A stretch of DNA of 64,000 nt from a virus (taxonomy: Duplodnaviria > Heunggongvirae > Uroviricota > Caudoviricetes), in IMG/VR virus record IMGVR_UViG_3300050196_000293; one strand, written 5' to 3'. This document shows positions 56,801-64,000 of this stretch, one piece after another. Position 1 is the stretch's first letter. Each line of letters starts with the position of its first letter. The notes below the pieces were generated by a model, which searched no databases, was not told where the DNA came from, and was given only the letters and a program-made list of their open reading frames with translations. The position numbers were made by a program, and so were the translations under genes.

Positions 56801-59143
56801 CGCCGCAAGGTTTATCATAGCGAAATTATAGGCGATGGAGAAAGCGCCCACGCCTCCCGTCAGGAGTTTCAGTGCCGCAGTCTGGGTAATAATCCACCTG
56901 ACTGAAGCCACCACAGCTAGTGAGGCGAGGACCGTACCAATCAGTTGGAATGCCGTTGAGGCTCCTGTCGCTGCGTGCGTCAAACTCGCCAACATACCCA
57001 CCATGGAGGCGAGCGTGGCCAGGAAGGGGCCGCCGGCTGTGGTGGTTAGCTCGACCACATTGTTGCTTAGACGTGTGAACTGAGACGCCAGGGACTCCAT
57101 CTGGATTGCTGCAGCATCAGACGCAGCCGTGGTGTGTTGAAGCTGCTCCGTGTACGCTTGCAGGTTGCTGAGGTTCCCGCTCAGGGCAATGAATGCCGAG
57201 CCAGCCCGCTTGCCGAAAGATTCCATTGCGGCTGCACTGGAGAACCCACGGCTCTGCAGGATCTCCAGTACCTCATAGAGACTCTGCGTCTCGAGGCTCA
57301 CATCGTCAGCTGTCAAACCCATCTTGGTAAGGTTGTCAGTGAATTTTTTAGAGGGTGTCTGCAGCTCGTCGATAATGTTCCGCAAGCCTGTACCCAGGAT
57401 CGATCCTGATTTGATACCCGCGTCGGACATGGCCCCAAGGGCTGCGGTCATTTCCTCGAAGGAGACACCCCCTTGAGCTGCGGTGTTGGCTGCGTACTGG
57501 ATACCAAGTTGGAGCTGTTCGAAGTCCAGCTTCGAACTGTTCAGGGCTTGGGCCAGTTTGTTGGCAACGTCCTGGCTCCGCTCAATCGACAAATCATAAA
57601 CGCTGAGGACTGAAGTCAGGGCCTTGCCGGCTTCCTCACCAGAGGTGCCTACAGCCGTAGCCAGTTGGGCTACGGCTGGTAGGGCCTCACGGATCTGGCC
57701 AGCCGAGTAGCCCGCCTGACCCAAGAGAGTCGTTGCCGCCGTAATATCCTTCAGGGACAGGTTAGTGGAGTTGCCTACCTCGAAGATGGTCTTGGTCAGA
57801 GAAGCCATCTCGCCGTTGGTGGATTGGGTGATGGCTTGGAGTTGCTTGAGCTCCTTCTGGAGTTCAATCGTGGATCCAGCCACGGAGCTGAAGCTGGCAA
57901 TCACACCACCCAAGGCGGCGTAGTTTGCCAATAGGGCTGCTTGTCGACCGATCAGGCCACCATCCGTCTCACGATCAGGTTTAGGAGCCACAACTGGACG
58001 GGCTTCACGACGAGCCACAGCCAGTTGGATCTTGTGTTCGGCATTCAGGGCTTGCTGGTGGAAGTTGCCTTCTCGCTTGAGTTCAGCAGCCTCCAAGGTG
58101 TATTTCGTGAGAAGCTCTTCGACATTCTCCCGACGTTTGATCTGGTCAGTTTCCAGGTTGGCAAACGCAAGTCGACGCCCAAAATCACCCTCAAGGCCCC
58201 GGAGTTTGGCTGTGATCGCGGCCTGTAGGGCAGATTGTTCCCGGGCGTAGTCCTCACGAATGGCAGACGAATATGCCTTGTCAAAATTCCGCTGGGATGA
58301 TTCGAGGCTCCGGTTATCACGGCCAGCATCACGGACTGTCCTTCTTTCCTCAGCCTGATTGTAAACAGCCTCCAAGCGAGTTCGGTCGACAGGTGGTAGT
58401 CCACGGTTACCGGCGAGGGTTTGGATACGGTCTATGGACTGGGTAGCCAAGGTCCGCCGGTTCTGGGGATCCTTGTCGAGGAAGATTGCACCGAAGTCCC
58501 GCTTCAGCAGGTTTTCCATTTGACGCTGGTGCTTGGACAGTAAGGATCGTTGGTCCTTCAAACCCGCTTCGAATTCTGCGGTGCGTTTAACCCTGCCCTT
58601 GTGGGCCTCATCGGTCAGTCTGGCCTCATAGACCGACATCTCCGTGACCAGTTTGGACAGATCGACCCGAGCGCCTTCTGCCTTCAGACGACTTTGGAAG
58701 GCTGTGGCACGATCCTCTCCCTGTGGGAGAGAGGACCTTACCTCACGATAAAAACTCTCCCGGGCATCCGCAGACTTGCGGAGCTCCTTGGCCACCTCTT
58801 GGCGCAGACGAATGCCGTCTGCCCTCTCAGTATTTTTGAACGCTTGGAGTGCTGCCAAGGAGAGTTGAGTTTCAGTAGTCCCCCTAGCAAGAGTTTGAGA
58901 AGCGTTCCTGACACCCTTAATATCGGATCCAGACGCCTTAACAACATTCAGTTGCTTGGATAGAGCTTCCAACTGCTTTAGCTGTTCAGGGAGGGACCCC
59001 TTGAACATCTTAGCAATAGCTGCTTCAACGTCACCGACCTTAACAGCAACCGACCGCAGGGCCTCAACCGCTTGGCGTGCCGAGCGGGTGACGTCTGAAG
59101 CATCTGCTTCAACCTGAAAATCAATGATGTTCTTGTCGGCCAT
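53840..59143 (-). CDS. tail tape measure protein (1767 aa)
   Basis: Position between G/GT-like and M-like genes; long alpha-helical/coiled-coil sequence with central hydrophobic segments. Confidence 0.8.
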   Translation of the reverse strand: MADKNIIDFQVEADASDVTRSARQAVEALRSVAVKVGDVEAAIAKMFKGSLPEQLKQLEALSKQLNVVKASGSDIKGVRNASQTLARGTTETQLSLAALQAFKNTERADGIRLRQEVAKELRKSADARESFYREVRSSLPQGEDRATAFQSRLKAEGARVDLSKLVTEMSVYEARLTDEAHKGRVKRTAEFEAGLKDQRSLLSKHQRQMENLLKRDFGAIFLDKDPQNRRTLATQSIDRIQTLAGNRGLPPVDRTRLEAVYNQAEERRTVRDAGRDNRSLESSQRNFDKAYSSAIREDYAREQSALQAAITAKLRGLEGDFGRRLAFANLETDQIKRRENVEELLTKYTLEAAELKREGNFHQQALNAEHKIQLAVARREARPVVAPKPDRETDGGLIGRQAALLANYAALGGVIASFSSVAGSTIELQKELKQLQAITQSTNGEMASLTKTIFEVGNSTNLSLKDITAATTLLGQAGYSAGQIREALPAVAQLATAVGTSGEEAGKALTSVLSVYDLSIERSQDVANKLAQALNSSKLDFEQLQLGIQYAANTAAQGGVSFEEMTAALGAMSDAGIKSGSILGTGLRNIIDELQTPSKKFTDNLTKMGLTADDVSLETQSLYEVLEILQSRGFSSAAAMESFGKRAGSAFIALSGNLSNLQAYTEQLQHTTAASDAAAIQMESLASQFTRLSNNVVELTTTAGGPFLATLASMVGMLASLTHAATGASTAFQLIGTVLASLAVVASVRWIITQTAALKLLTGGVGAFSIAYNFAMINLAAGTGIISAVTIGIRAFTAALLASPLVVWTAGLSAAVLAFDLFAGGQRRAREELEKYQAAASEAKGEVDKYSGRMSELNAEIDKSVKRHARLAGPEGMAALPGLANSASERFGQWGFTLQQGKLTVDGYILSLIQLRAEMAQVAIDKAKIERSAVVSQQRSADANGIRSGTSSFGNFGDFTSLIHGNSKGRAILRDNNLLDVVNRGAVAGLRPNGDAARLLQVIEANPRAFGAAGEKVARSIRTAAVSTRNNSFRVQNLDQQISDLSLIADPGFVQLSQRTATTLGGQQDSRASILANYKGQERTRRLAAYDAQVRSDSQALKIDLDKKVLEGARDPVVIQLAARARISPEEFSRNRFVAANPHFGQVFAKSGLFVSSNNPDVIRANIKEITAQTASVPPEQRPALRKKKAELEAQLYFLQNPDADPEAATETMDAITRAGGYSPYKKERSGGQGDRTQTRRATTLTAQIKDAERGITNLANSLGPNPMDQLFNTKRLEEALDTWESLKRDEITASAEGSGASAEDLKDRLEVFNSEAEEYRAKVLNGNFAGATSLLATQGQRYVDEAVQKATADVTTGTRDYASASLEVRMEMDRQLNRELEASRAQFMASNPGVDPALNATFQEEQGQITRTHAVKVNDFLNELLKASSEAALKAITNEVRPGQLTIDRLRAKSGGSAKLDLAEARLNLRPLQAQSDAANRTVADLQNRTDSASGDEKDRLTLQLEAAKEQAAAYAYELERARIAVEAMANRTPEAASAAEVLGAAWANFVDQSPVNKPWFQQLSEGLSGTFETVRSGMASLVKDVFSGTKSIGDAFKDLGMKIVESLLDMAAQIIANKILLWVLSMISGKATGTDQAPTGKNNFQGPSFAKMATGGLVRGQDTLRDSVKTLLRPGEFVMRKSAVDMIGRDKLAAMNIAGNTKVSQMSSVGATMAAREPDIVNVYAVAPDRRPPPSKNDILAILHEDIMTGGRSKQLIKQVMVGAV

Positions 59144-59146
59144 TTT

Positions 59147-59502
59147 CTATCCCATTACATTTGCCCAAAACACTTCAGCTTCAGCGAAGCTCTTTGGCGA
59201 AGGCGTTGAGGATTTACTAGACCCTTTTCCACCTAGAGCACTACTAACAACTATCACTAGGGTTTCATGTTGTTGATAGACGTCTGCTAGTTTTTCCTGA
59301 GCTTTGACCCGTATCTTGGTTTCGATGTCGTGATACGTTACCTGATCGAACAAGGTCTCATACTGACTTGGAACTAGGCCGAAGGCCCAGCAGACATTGT
59401 CTTCGAAAGACTGTCCATCAAGCCAGTTTGTGACGACTGAAGGAGTTTGGCTATCGGCTCCAGACGCTCCGCCTTTTCCGCTAGTTTTTGGAACCGACTG
59501 AG
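59147..59502 (-). CDS. T-like -1 frame extension of the tail assembly chaperone (G-T fusion by programmed frameshift)
   Basis: -1 frame is open from the U7 run (plus-strand AAAAAAA ~59494-59502) to stop at 59147; slippery U_UUU_UUU in G frame. Confidence 0.45.
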
Positions 59503-59799
59503 AAAAAAATACAGGGCATGATCCTGAGTCCAGCTGAGTAGGGCCTCGACGTCATCATTTTCAATGTGATATTCGGTTATGTCGATTGCCATGATTTGGT
59601 CTGCTTTTGGCTTCTCCGCCAAGAGGACCTGTAGGACGTTTTCACTGACATCTGGGTCAGTGCCAATGCTCATGACGTCTTGGGTGTTGGGTAGAAGTCG
59701 CTGGATCATATTCAGCCGGCTGAAACTCATGAAAAATTCATGGTCAGCATTGTTCACCTTGATGGTGAAACGATCACTCGGCCTGACAAGGTTATCCAT
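59374..59799 (-). CDS. G-like tail assembly chaperone
   Basis: Position immediately upstream of tape measure; acidic 141-aa protein; contains slippery heptamer. Confidence 0.45.
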   Translation of the reverse strand: MDNLVRPSDRFTIKVNNADHEFFMSFSRLNMIQRLLPNTQDVMSIGTDPDVSENVLQVLLAEKPKADQIMAIDITEYHIENDDVEALLSWTQDHALYFFLSRFQKLAEKAERLEPIAKLLQSSQTGLMDSLSKTMSAGPSA

Positions 59800-59879
59800 G
59801 TGTACTCCAAAAAGAAAAGGGCGAAGCTGTTATGCTTCGCCCTTCAGTAAAAATCAACGACTGTGATTTCTAGTAGACA

Positions 59880-60707
59880 TTAGTTCTTCATGATCATGTA
59901 GGACTTGCCAATCCCAATGTCACCAGCAGCCGAGAAGGCGTCAGCCGCAGTCAAGGCGTAAGGCTTGAACTCAAATGGCATACCCGTGAAGTTATCCGTG
60001 GCGAAACTCAGAGCCAGACCCTTGGTAATCTTGGCCTTGGGGAACAGCAGAGAGATCGGCTCACCAGTTTCAGGCAGCAGACCCGTGATCTTGATTGCCA
60101 CCGTGAAACGGGCTTGTTGACCGATCTTCAGAGGGGTGACCTTCCAGACCTTCGATCCTGCACCAAAGCCGGTGTTAGCTGCCAGAGGGACGGCGTAGCT
60201 GGTGTCCAGAGTGATAACTGCGCCGGTAATGGAAGCCACCTTGGCGAACACGGTGTGGTCGAGGATGAGGCTGTCCTGCAGACAGATCCAGTCACCGGCT
60301 ACAATGAGACCAGTCGTGGGCGTCGCTGTCAGGGTGATGGTGGTGATGGCAGCGCCCGAAGCGATTGCGGTCGTGGTGGTGAAGACACCAGCAGCGCCGA
60401 AGCTGTCGAATCCAGCACTCCGGGCATCAACTTGGGCCGCATAAGCCAGGTTGCGCTTGGTGTATTCGTAAACTTCGCAGGCAATCGAAGTGGACTCGGA
60501 AGTGTTTACCGAGGCGACCGGCTGGTTGTTGATGCCCTGGGTCAGCTCGGTTTCCGAGGTTTCCGAGTTGACAGTGATGTTCTTCACCAAGCCGAGGGAG
60601 TGCTTTTCTGGGCTCAGCACAAACAGGTCGGTACGATCAGCCGCCGTACCAATCATGATGGTAGCAGACGAAAGCAGGAATTCGTTAGTCTTGGCCAAAC
60701 CAGACAT
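59880..60707 (-). CDS. putative major tail protein
   Basis: Position upstream of chaperones; Thr/Ala/Gly-rich beta-type composition. Confidence 0.45.
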   Translation of the reverse strand: MSGLAKTNEFLLSSATIMIGTAADRTDLFVLSPEKHSLGLVKNITVNSETSETELTQGINNQPVASVNTSESTSIACEVYEYTKRNLAYAAQVDARSAGFDSFGAAGVFTTTTAIASGAAITTITLTATPTTGLIVAGDWICLQDSLILDHTVFAKVASITGAVITLDTSYAVPLAANTGFGAGSKVWKVTPLKIGQQARFTVAIKITGLLPETGEPISLLFPKAKITKGLALSFATDNFTGMPFEFKPYALTAADAFSAAGDIGIGKSYMIMKN

Positions 60708-60739
60708 GGGTATCTCCGCGCAATTTTCTCTTTAATGCA

Positions 60740-60806
60740 GCGGCATCCGCATATTTCATAGCTTTTTGCTATATGATAAAATATGATAATCTAAGATAAA
60801 AGGAGA
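60740..60806 (+). promoter_or_regulatory. AT-rich sigma70-like promoter and RBS (AAGGAG) for RHH gene
   Basis: TTGCTA ... GATAAAATATGATAAT then AAAAGGAGATTACC-TTG. Confidence 0.3.
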
Positions 60807-60811
60807 TTACC

Positions 60812-61261
60812 TTGATTGAGAAGACTCTGACCTTTCATATACCCAGACATCTACTAGATATCGTATACAAGAGAGCAGAACTTAAAGGCCGAAGCCGAAG
60901 TGCAGAGTTTAGGTTTTTGCTCTACCTGGCCCTTAAATATGTAGGTGATGGAGACATCGATTATATCTCCACCACCCAGGCCACCCAAACCAGCCCTAAT
61001 GTGAAGTATAGCTTGGGGCTGGACTATACTCTGCAGAGCACCATTGAGAGTCGCTCGCACGAACTGCAACGCCCTCAGGGGGCCGAGGTTCTAAGGCTGG
61101 TGAACTACGCCTTGGAGATGATCAAGATTGAAGAATTCAGGAAACTCGTAGAGCTGACCCAGCTCCTGGATGGAGGAGCAGTCGAACCTCCAGAGTCTGA
61201 ACAATACGAGTTTCCGCTCGACCAATTGGGAGAACCGCAATTGGCGGAGCAGATATCATAA
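60812..61261 (+). CDS. tandem ribbon-helix-helix (CopG/Arc-like) DNA-binding protein, moron on opposite strand (TTG start)
   Basis: TLTFHIPRHLLDIVYKRAELKGRSRSAEFRFLLYLAL and second unit RPQGAEVLRLVNYALEMI; acidic C-terminal tail. Confidence 0.5.
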   Translation: MIEKTLTFHIPRHLLDIVYKRAELKGRSRSAEFRFLLYLALKYVGDGDIDYISTTQATQTSPNVKYSLGLDYTLQSTIESRSHELQRPQGAEVLRLVNYALEMIKIEEFRKLVELTQLLDGGAVEPPESEQYEFPLDQLGEPQLAEQIS

Positions 61262-61613
61262 ATGTCTGGGGGATAGCAGTCTCATTATCATAGACGACGA
61301 GGGCTTGGCCAGGGCGGAACAGGCCCCTTAGTTTGGAAACCAGCTGGGTGATACGGGTCAGATTGGGGTCATCCTTGGTAGAAACAGCGATCCCACAAGC
61401 CACCTCGAACTGCCCCATTTCCTCCTCTACCAAACCCACGCCGGCAAGCCCGATCAGGTCGACGGAAGGGAGTTCCTCGATCTCTGCATGTTCGTCCCAG
61501 CTAAGATACTGGGACGCAGGGGAGATCATTTCCACCTTACGGAAGTCCTCGACAAATTTCATCAGAGACGTGACGACGTTGGCATAGAGCCGCTCGTGAT
61601 TGTAATTGCTCAT
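61137..61613 (-). CDS. hypothetical neck/tail-terminator-position protein
   Basis: Position only. Confidence 0.3.
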   Translation of the reverse strand: MSNYNHERLYANVVTSLMKFVEDFRKVEMISPASQYLSWDEHAEIEELPSVDLIGLAGVGLVEEEMGQFEVACGIAVSTKDDPNLTRITQLVSKLRGLFRPGQALVVYDNETAIPQTFMISAPPIAVLPIGRAETRIVQTLEVRLLLHPGAGSALRVS

Positions 61614-61615
61614 AT

Positions 61616-62434
61616 CTATTTCTTTCTCTGAGCAGCGTTTGCTCGTCTAACATATTTCGCCAGGGCGTTTGGGATGCGGATCAAGGCGAAGAACTGGGCG
61701 GTTGGTGCAATCAAGGGTCGGTACTTTCGGCCGATTAGCTTGTGAGCATGTCTTTTGAAGGCTTGTTGTTCTACCGCACCCGACATATTTACGTCTGTCC
61801 AGATGCCTGACGAAAACCCTGGCATGATTAATGAGTTGGCCTTGGGAAATATAGTAACTCTAATTTCCCCTAGTCTCAAAACACTTGCAGCCAGATATTT
61901 GCGTGGACTCAGTTTGGTAAAGGATTCCTTTTGGCTCAATGCTACTTTCTCTACCTTGAACCCACCAAAGAATGAACTTTGTGCCGCACCTTTTCTATCG
62001 GCGAACTGTTTTATAACCCTTTTTAGATTATTTTTCTGTCTGAAGAATTTATGTTGATTTGACCTATAGTATTTATACTTATAGTTGGCATATTTCAGGG
62101 ATATACCAGGCCAGTCGATTTTGCCGGTACCCAAGGTTTGGAAGCTATAGTTGAGGGACGTGCCCCCAAGTAGGTCAGAGGCACTCAGACCTGCATCTTT
62201 ACCCTGTTGGACGTGATCTAGTTTCTTCAGGAGAACACGACCCATTTGCGAAAGCTCGTGGTGGATGTCCTCCCTCATAGCCTTCATAGTTCGGGAGATT
62301 TGGCCCTTGGCTTCGGCATCCAGATCGTTACGAACCCCTTTGGTGATTTGCTCCAGGATGTAGGATTCAGTTCTTGCCTCAATGGCCTTGAGGTTATCAG
62401 AACGAACCGTCTCATCTCCCAGACGGATGATCAT
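61616..62434 (-). CDS. hypothetical basic protein (neck module position)
   Basis: Lys/Arg-rich; position only. Confidence 0.3.
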   Translation of the reverse strand: MIIRLGDETVRSDNLKAIEARTESYILEQITKGVRNDLDAEAKGQISRTMKAMREDIHHELSQMGRVLLKKLDHVQQGKDAGLSASDLLGGTSLNYSFQTLGTGKIDWPGISLKYANYKYKYYRSNQHKFFRQKNNLKRVIKQFADRKGAAQSSFFGGFKVEKVALSQKESFTKLSPRKYLAASVLRLGEIRVTIFPKANSLIMPGFSSGIWTDVNMSGAVEQQAFKRHAHKLIGRKYRPLIAPTAQFFALIRIPNALAKYVRRANAAQRKK

Positions 62435-62964
62435 GACTGCAGCTCCAGGATCCTCACACCAAGGGAGTGATTGACCCGAGTGACCCGAATGCCCCCGACG
62501 TAGTCTCCCAATTCCACTGCCGCACCAGTCAGGGAGAGGTAGACCTCCTGATTGATCCTGATGGGCAAGTCAGCAAATTCCCTGCGCTGACGCTGCCAGA
62601 CCATCCATAGGCTACCCAAGCTGGTAGGCTGGTCATCACGGGTTTCCAGTCCGGTCACAGGGTGGATTGATCCAGCTGGACGGGTCCAGGGAACATACTG
62701 TGAGCATTCAAAGAGGCTGTGGGTTCGATAGTCAGGATTATGGCTGTGGTCAGCCACAAGGAAATGGCTTCCGTCGAACACCAGAATGTCTGTGGATTTG
62801 ACAATCGATTGGGGCTTCACCCGCATCAGCACGCGGGGATAGGCAAATTCGATGCCGGGGTCGGTCTTGTCAGACGGACGCTGCAGGATGACCTTTGTCT
62901 TTGGCCCCCCTAGAATCCGAACAGTCTCGTACATCCGACTATTCATGTTGGCCAGGGCGGACAA
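62431..62964 (-). CDS. hypothetical head-tail joining-position protein
   Basis: Position only. Confidence 0.3.
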   Translation of the reverse strand: MSALANMNSRMYETVRILGGPKTKVILQRPSDKTDPGIEFAYPRVLMRVKPQSIVKSTDILVFDGSHFLVADHSHNPDYRTHSLFECSQYVPWTRPAGSIHPVTGLETRDDQPTSLGSLWMVWQRQRREFADLPIRINQEVYLSLTGAAVELGDYVGGIRVTRVNHSLGVRILELQS

Positions 62965-62965
62965 A

Positions 62966-63664
62966 TTAGACTCCCGTAACTGGATCCGTGGGGTTAGTGA
63001 GGTAGAACAGGGTAGTGGCAGAGGTGGTGGACTGGATTGATCTCGAAATCAGGTCTTGGGCACGTCGGGTAATCTCATCGAAGTTGATGTCAAACCGCTC
63101 CAGGGATCTGGTACCGTCTGACTCCTTCTTCATGACCCGCTGGCGAAGGCCTGGAATGACCTCCAGGACCGCAAAGCCAAGGATCGTGCGGTTAGCTTGG
63201 GCCTCTGCTTCCACACCACTGATAAGGGCTGCTGATAGGGCTGCTTCACCAATCAGGGTTTGAGCTTGCTGGAAAGCCAGGAAGATATCGACATCGGTGT
63301 CAGCGATTTCGGACTCAGTGACACCCACGAACCTGCGGATATCCTCAGGGGTGATGTAGGTGTTTATCCACGGGGCAATCCGGTAAGTTTGCGTGAGCGT
63401 AACCGGCGAGCCATCGTTGACGGTTTGTAGGATAACCGTCCGTTTTTCGAACTGTCGACCCGTGGTGATTTCGTTACGAACCCCAGCCAGGTAGATAACT
63501 GCGGAGGTATCAACCAAGCCCGTGAGGCTACCTGTGGTGACCTGAGTGCCAGTGTGGTCTCTTAAGGCCCACTCGGCCGTCCCGTTGTCAGGCACAAACA
63601 GTTCACCGTCCCACTTAAGTGGGACGGTGAGGTTGACGTCCATGCCGGCAACGTAGGTGATCAC
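62966..63664 (-). CDS. hypothetical head-tail connector-position protein
   Basis: Position only. Confidence 0.3.
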   Translation of the reverse strand: MITYVAGMDVNLTVPLKWDGELFVPDNGTAEWALRDHTGTQVTTGSLTGLVDTSAVIYLAGVRNEITTGRQFEKRTVILQTVNDGSPVTLTQTYRIAPWINTYITPEDIRRFVGVTESEIADTDVDIFLAFQQAQTLIGEAALSAALISGVEAEAQANRTILGFAVLEVIPGLRQRVMKKESDGTRSLERFDINFDEITRRAQDLISRSIQSTTSATTLFYLTNPTDPVTGV

Positions 63665-63957
63665 TTCTTGAGCGGCTTTTCTTCGAGGATCTCTGGGGTT
63701 TCAAACGACTTGATGTAGGCTGCAATGGCCTTCAGCTTGTCGCCTTCGGATTCCAGGAGGTCGGTGTATTTGCCAGCGAAGTCCAGATCAGAGGCCTCGT
63801 CGGGAACCTGGCCCAGGACGGTCAGCTTACCATCAGCAGCGTTCTGGCTGAACAGATGGGCCTGACGAACGACCGATGGGCGCTCGTGGTGGGCAAACCC
63901 ATCCAGCCCGTCAATGACGAGCTGGAAGGGTCCGTTGGTTTCAACGATGAGCTTCAC
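63661..63957 (-). CDS. hypothetical protein (GTG start)
   Basis: ORF coupled to downstream gene. Confidence 0.3.
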   Translation of the reverse strand: MKLIVETNGPFQLVIDGLDGFAHHERPSVVRQAHLFSQNAADGKLTVLGQVPDEASDLDFAGKYTDLLESEGDKLKAIAAYIKSFETPEILEEKPLKK

Positions 63958-63960
63958 CTT

Positions 63961-64000
63961 AGGCTCCGATGTTCAGGATGGAACGAGTGCTATCCTGGAT
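63961..64000 (-). CDS. 3' end of a further minus-strand gene (partial, continues beyond window)
   Basis: Open frame ...IQDSTRSILNIGA-stop running off window edge. Confidence 0.2.

Noticed and set aside
60854-61069. Minus-strand ORF inside the RHH gene, and plus-strand ORF 61333..61587 inside a neck gene
   Set aside because: These are short antisense frames without start context. The opposing ORFs have much better coding logic.
1-64000. tRNA genes, CRISPR arrays, rRNA
   Set aside because: No cloverleaf-like sequences in the intergenic regions inspected (10.4-10.6 kb, 13.8-14.0 kb, 30.9-31.2 kb, 40.9-41.1 kb). No repeat-spacer arrays were seen by eye. This was not run with tRNAscan-SE.

Overview
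This 64-kb window reads as one continuous stretch of a tailed double-stranded DNA phage genome with a lambda-like siphovirus tail module. There are no rRNA, tRNA or CRISPR features that I can see. All domain calls are made by eye from the six-frame translations; nothing was searched, and manual coordinates may be off by 1 or 2 nt.

Plus-strand block, 0.1 to 33.9 kb:
- Early and accessory genes, separated by a recurring intergenic motif (core CTACTACACAT) that is usually followed by a GC-rich hairpin and a T-run.
- Accessory genes include an HNH endonuclease, an N6-adenine methyltransferase, an ArdC-like protein, an rIIA and rIIB pair, a GcrA-like N-terminal domain, a GapR (DUF2312)-like protein, a KTSC domain protein, an SPFH-like lipoprotein and MazG.
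- A replication and recombination module: SF2 helicase, 5'-3' flap exonuclease, family-A DNA polymerase, DEDDh exonuclease, SbcD and SbcC, and an ATP-dependent DNA ligase.
- Nucleotide metabolism genes: an HD-domain hydrolase, ThyX, a dNMP kinase, NrdA and NrdB.
- A P4-type tyrosine integrase inactivated by two single-base deletions in homopolymers, with a convergent AlpA/Xis-like gene, lies between the dNMP kinase gene and nrdA.

Minus-strand block, after a bidirectional terminator at about 33.9 kb:
- A 2211-aa fibre protein with Ig-like repeats and a C-terminal GH16-like (ExDxxE) domain.
- A lysis cassette: GH24 lysozyme, overlapping spanin-like genes, a small membrane protein, plus PhoH.
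- A lambda-type tail module: a 2093-aa J-like tip protein, I-like, K split into separate NlpC/P60 and MPN genes in swapped order, L-like, M-like, a 1767-aa tape measure protein, and a G/GT-like chaperone pair with a U7 slippery site.
- The major tail protein gene and neck genes run to the window end.

Main oddities:
- A calcineurin-like metallophosphoesterase gene is inserted between the I-like and J-like genes.
- A tandem ribbon-helix-helix gene sits on the opposite strand, with its own promoter, inside the tail operon.
- Nearly identical hairpins flank a Cys-rich gene.
- One in-frame amber codon joins two ORFs.
- GapR-like and GcrA-like homologues suggest an alphaproteobacterial host.
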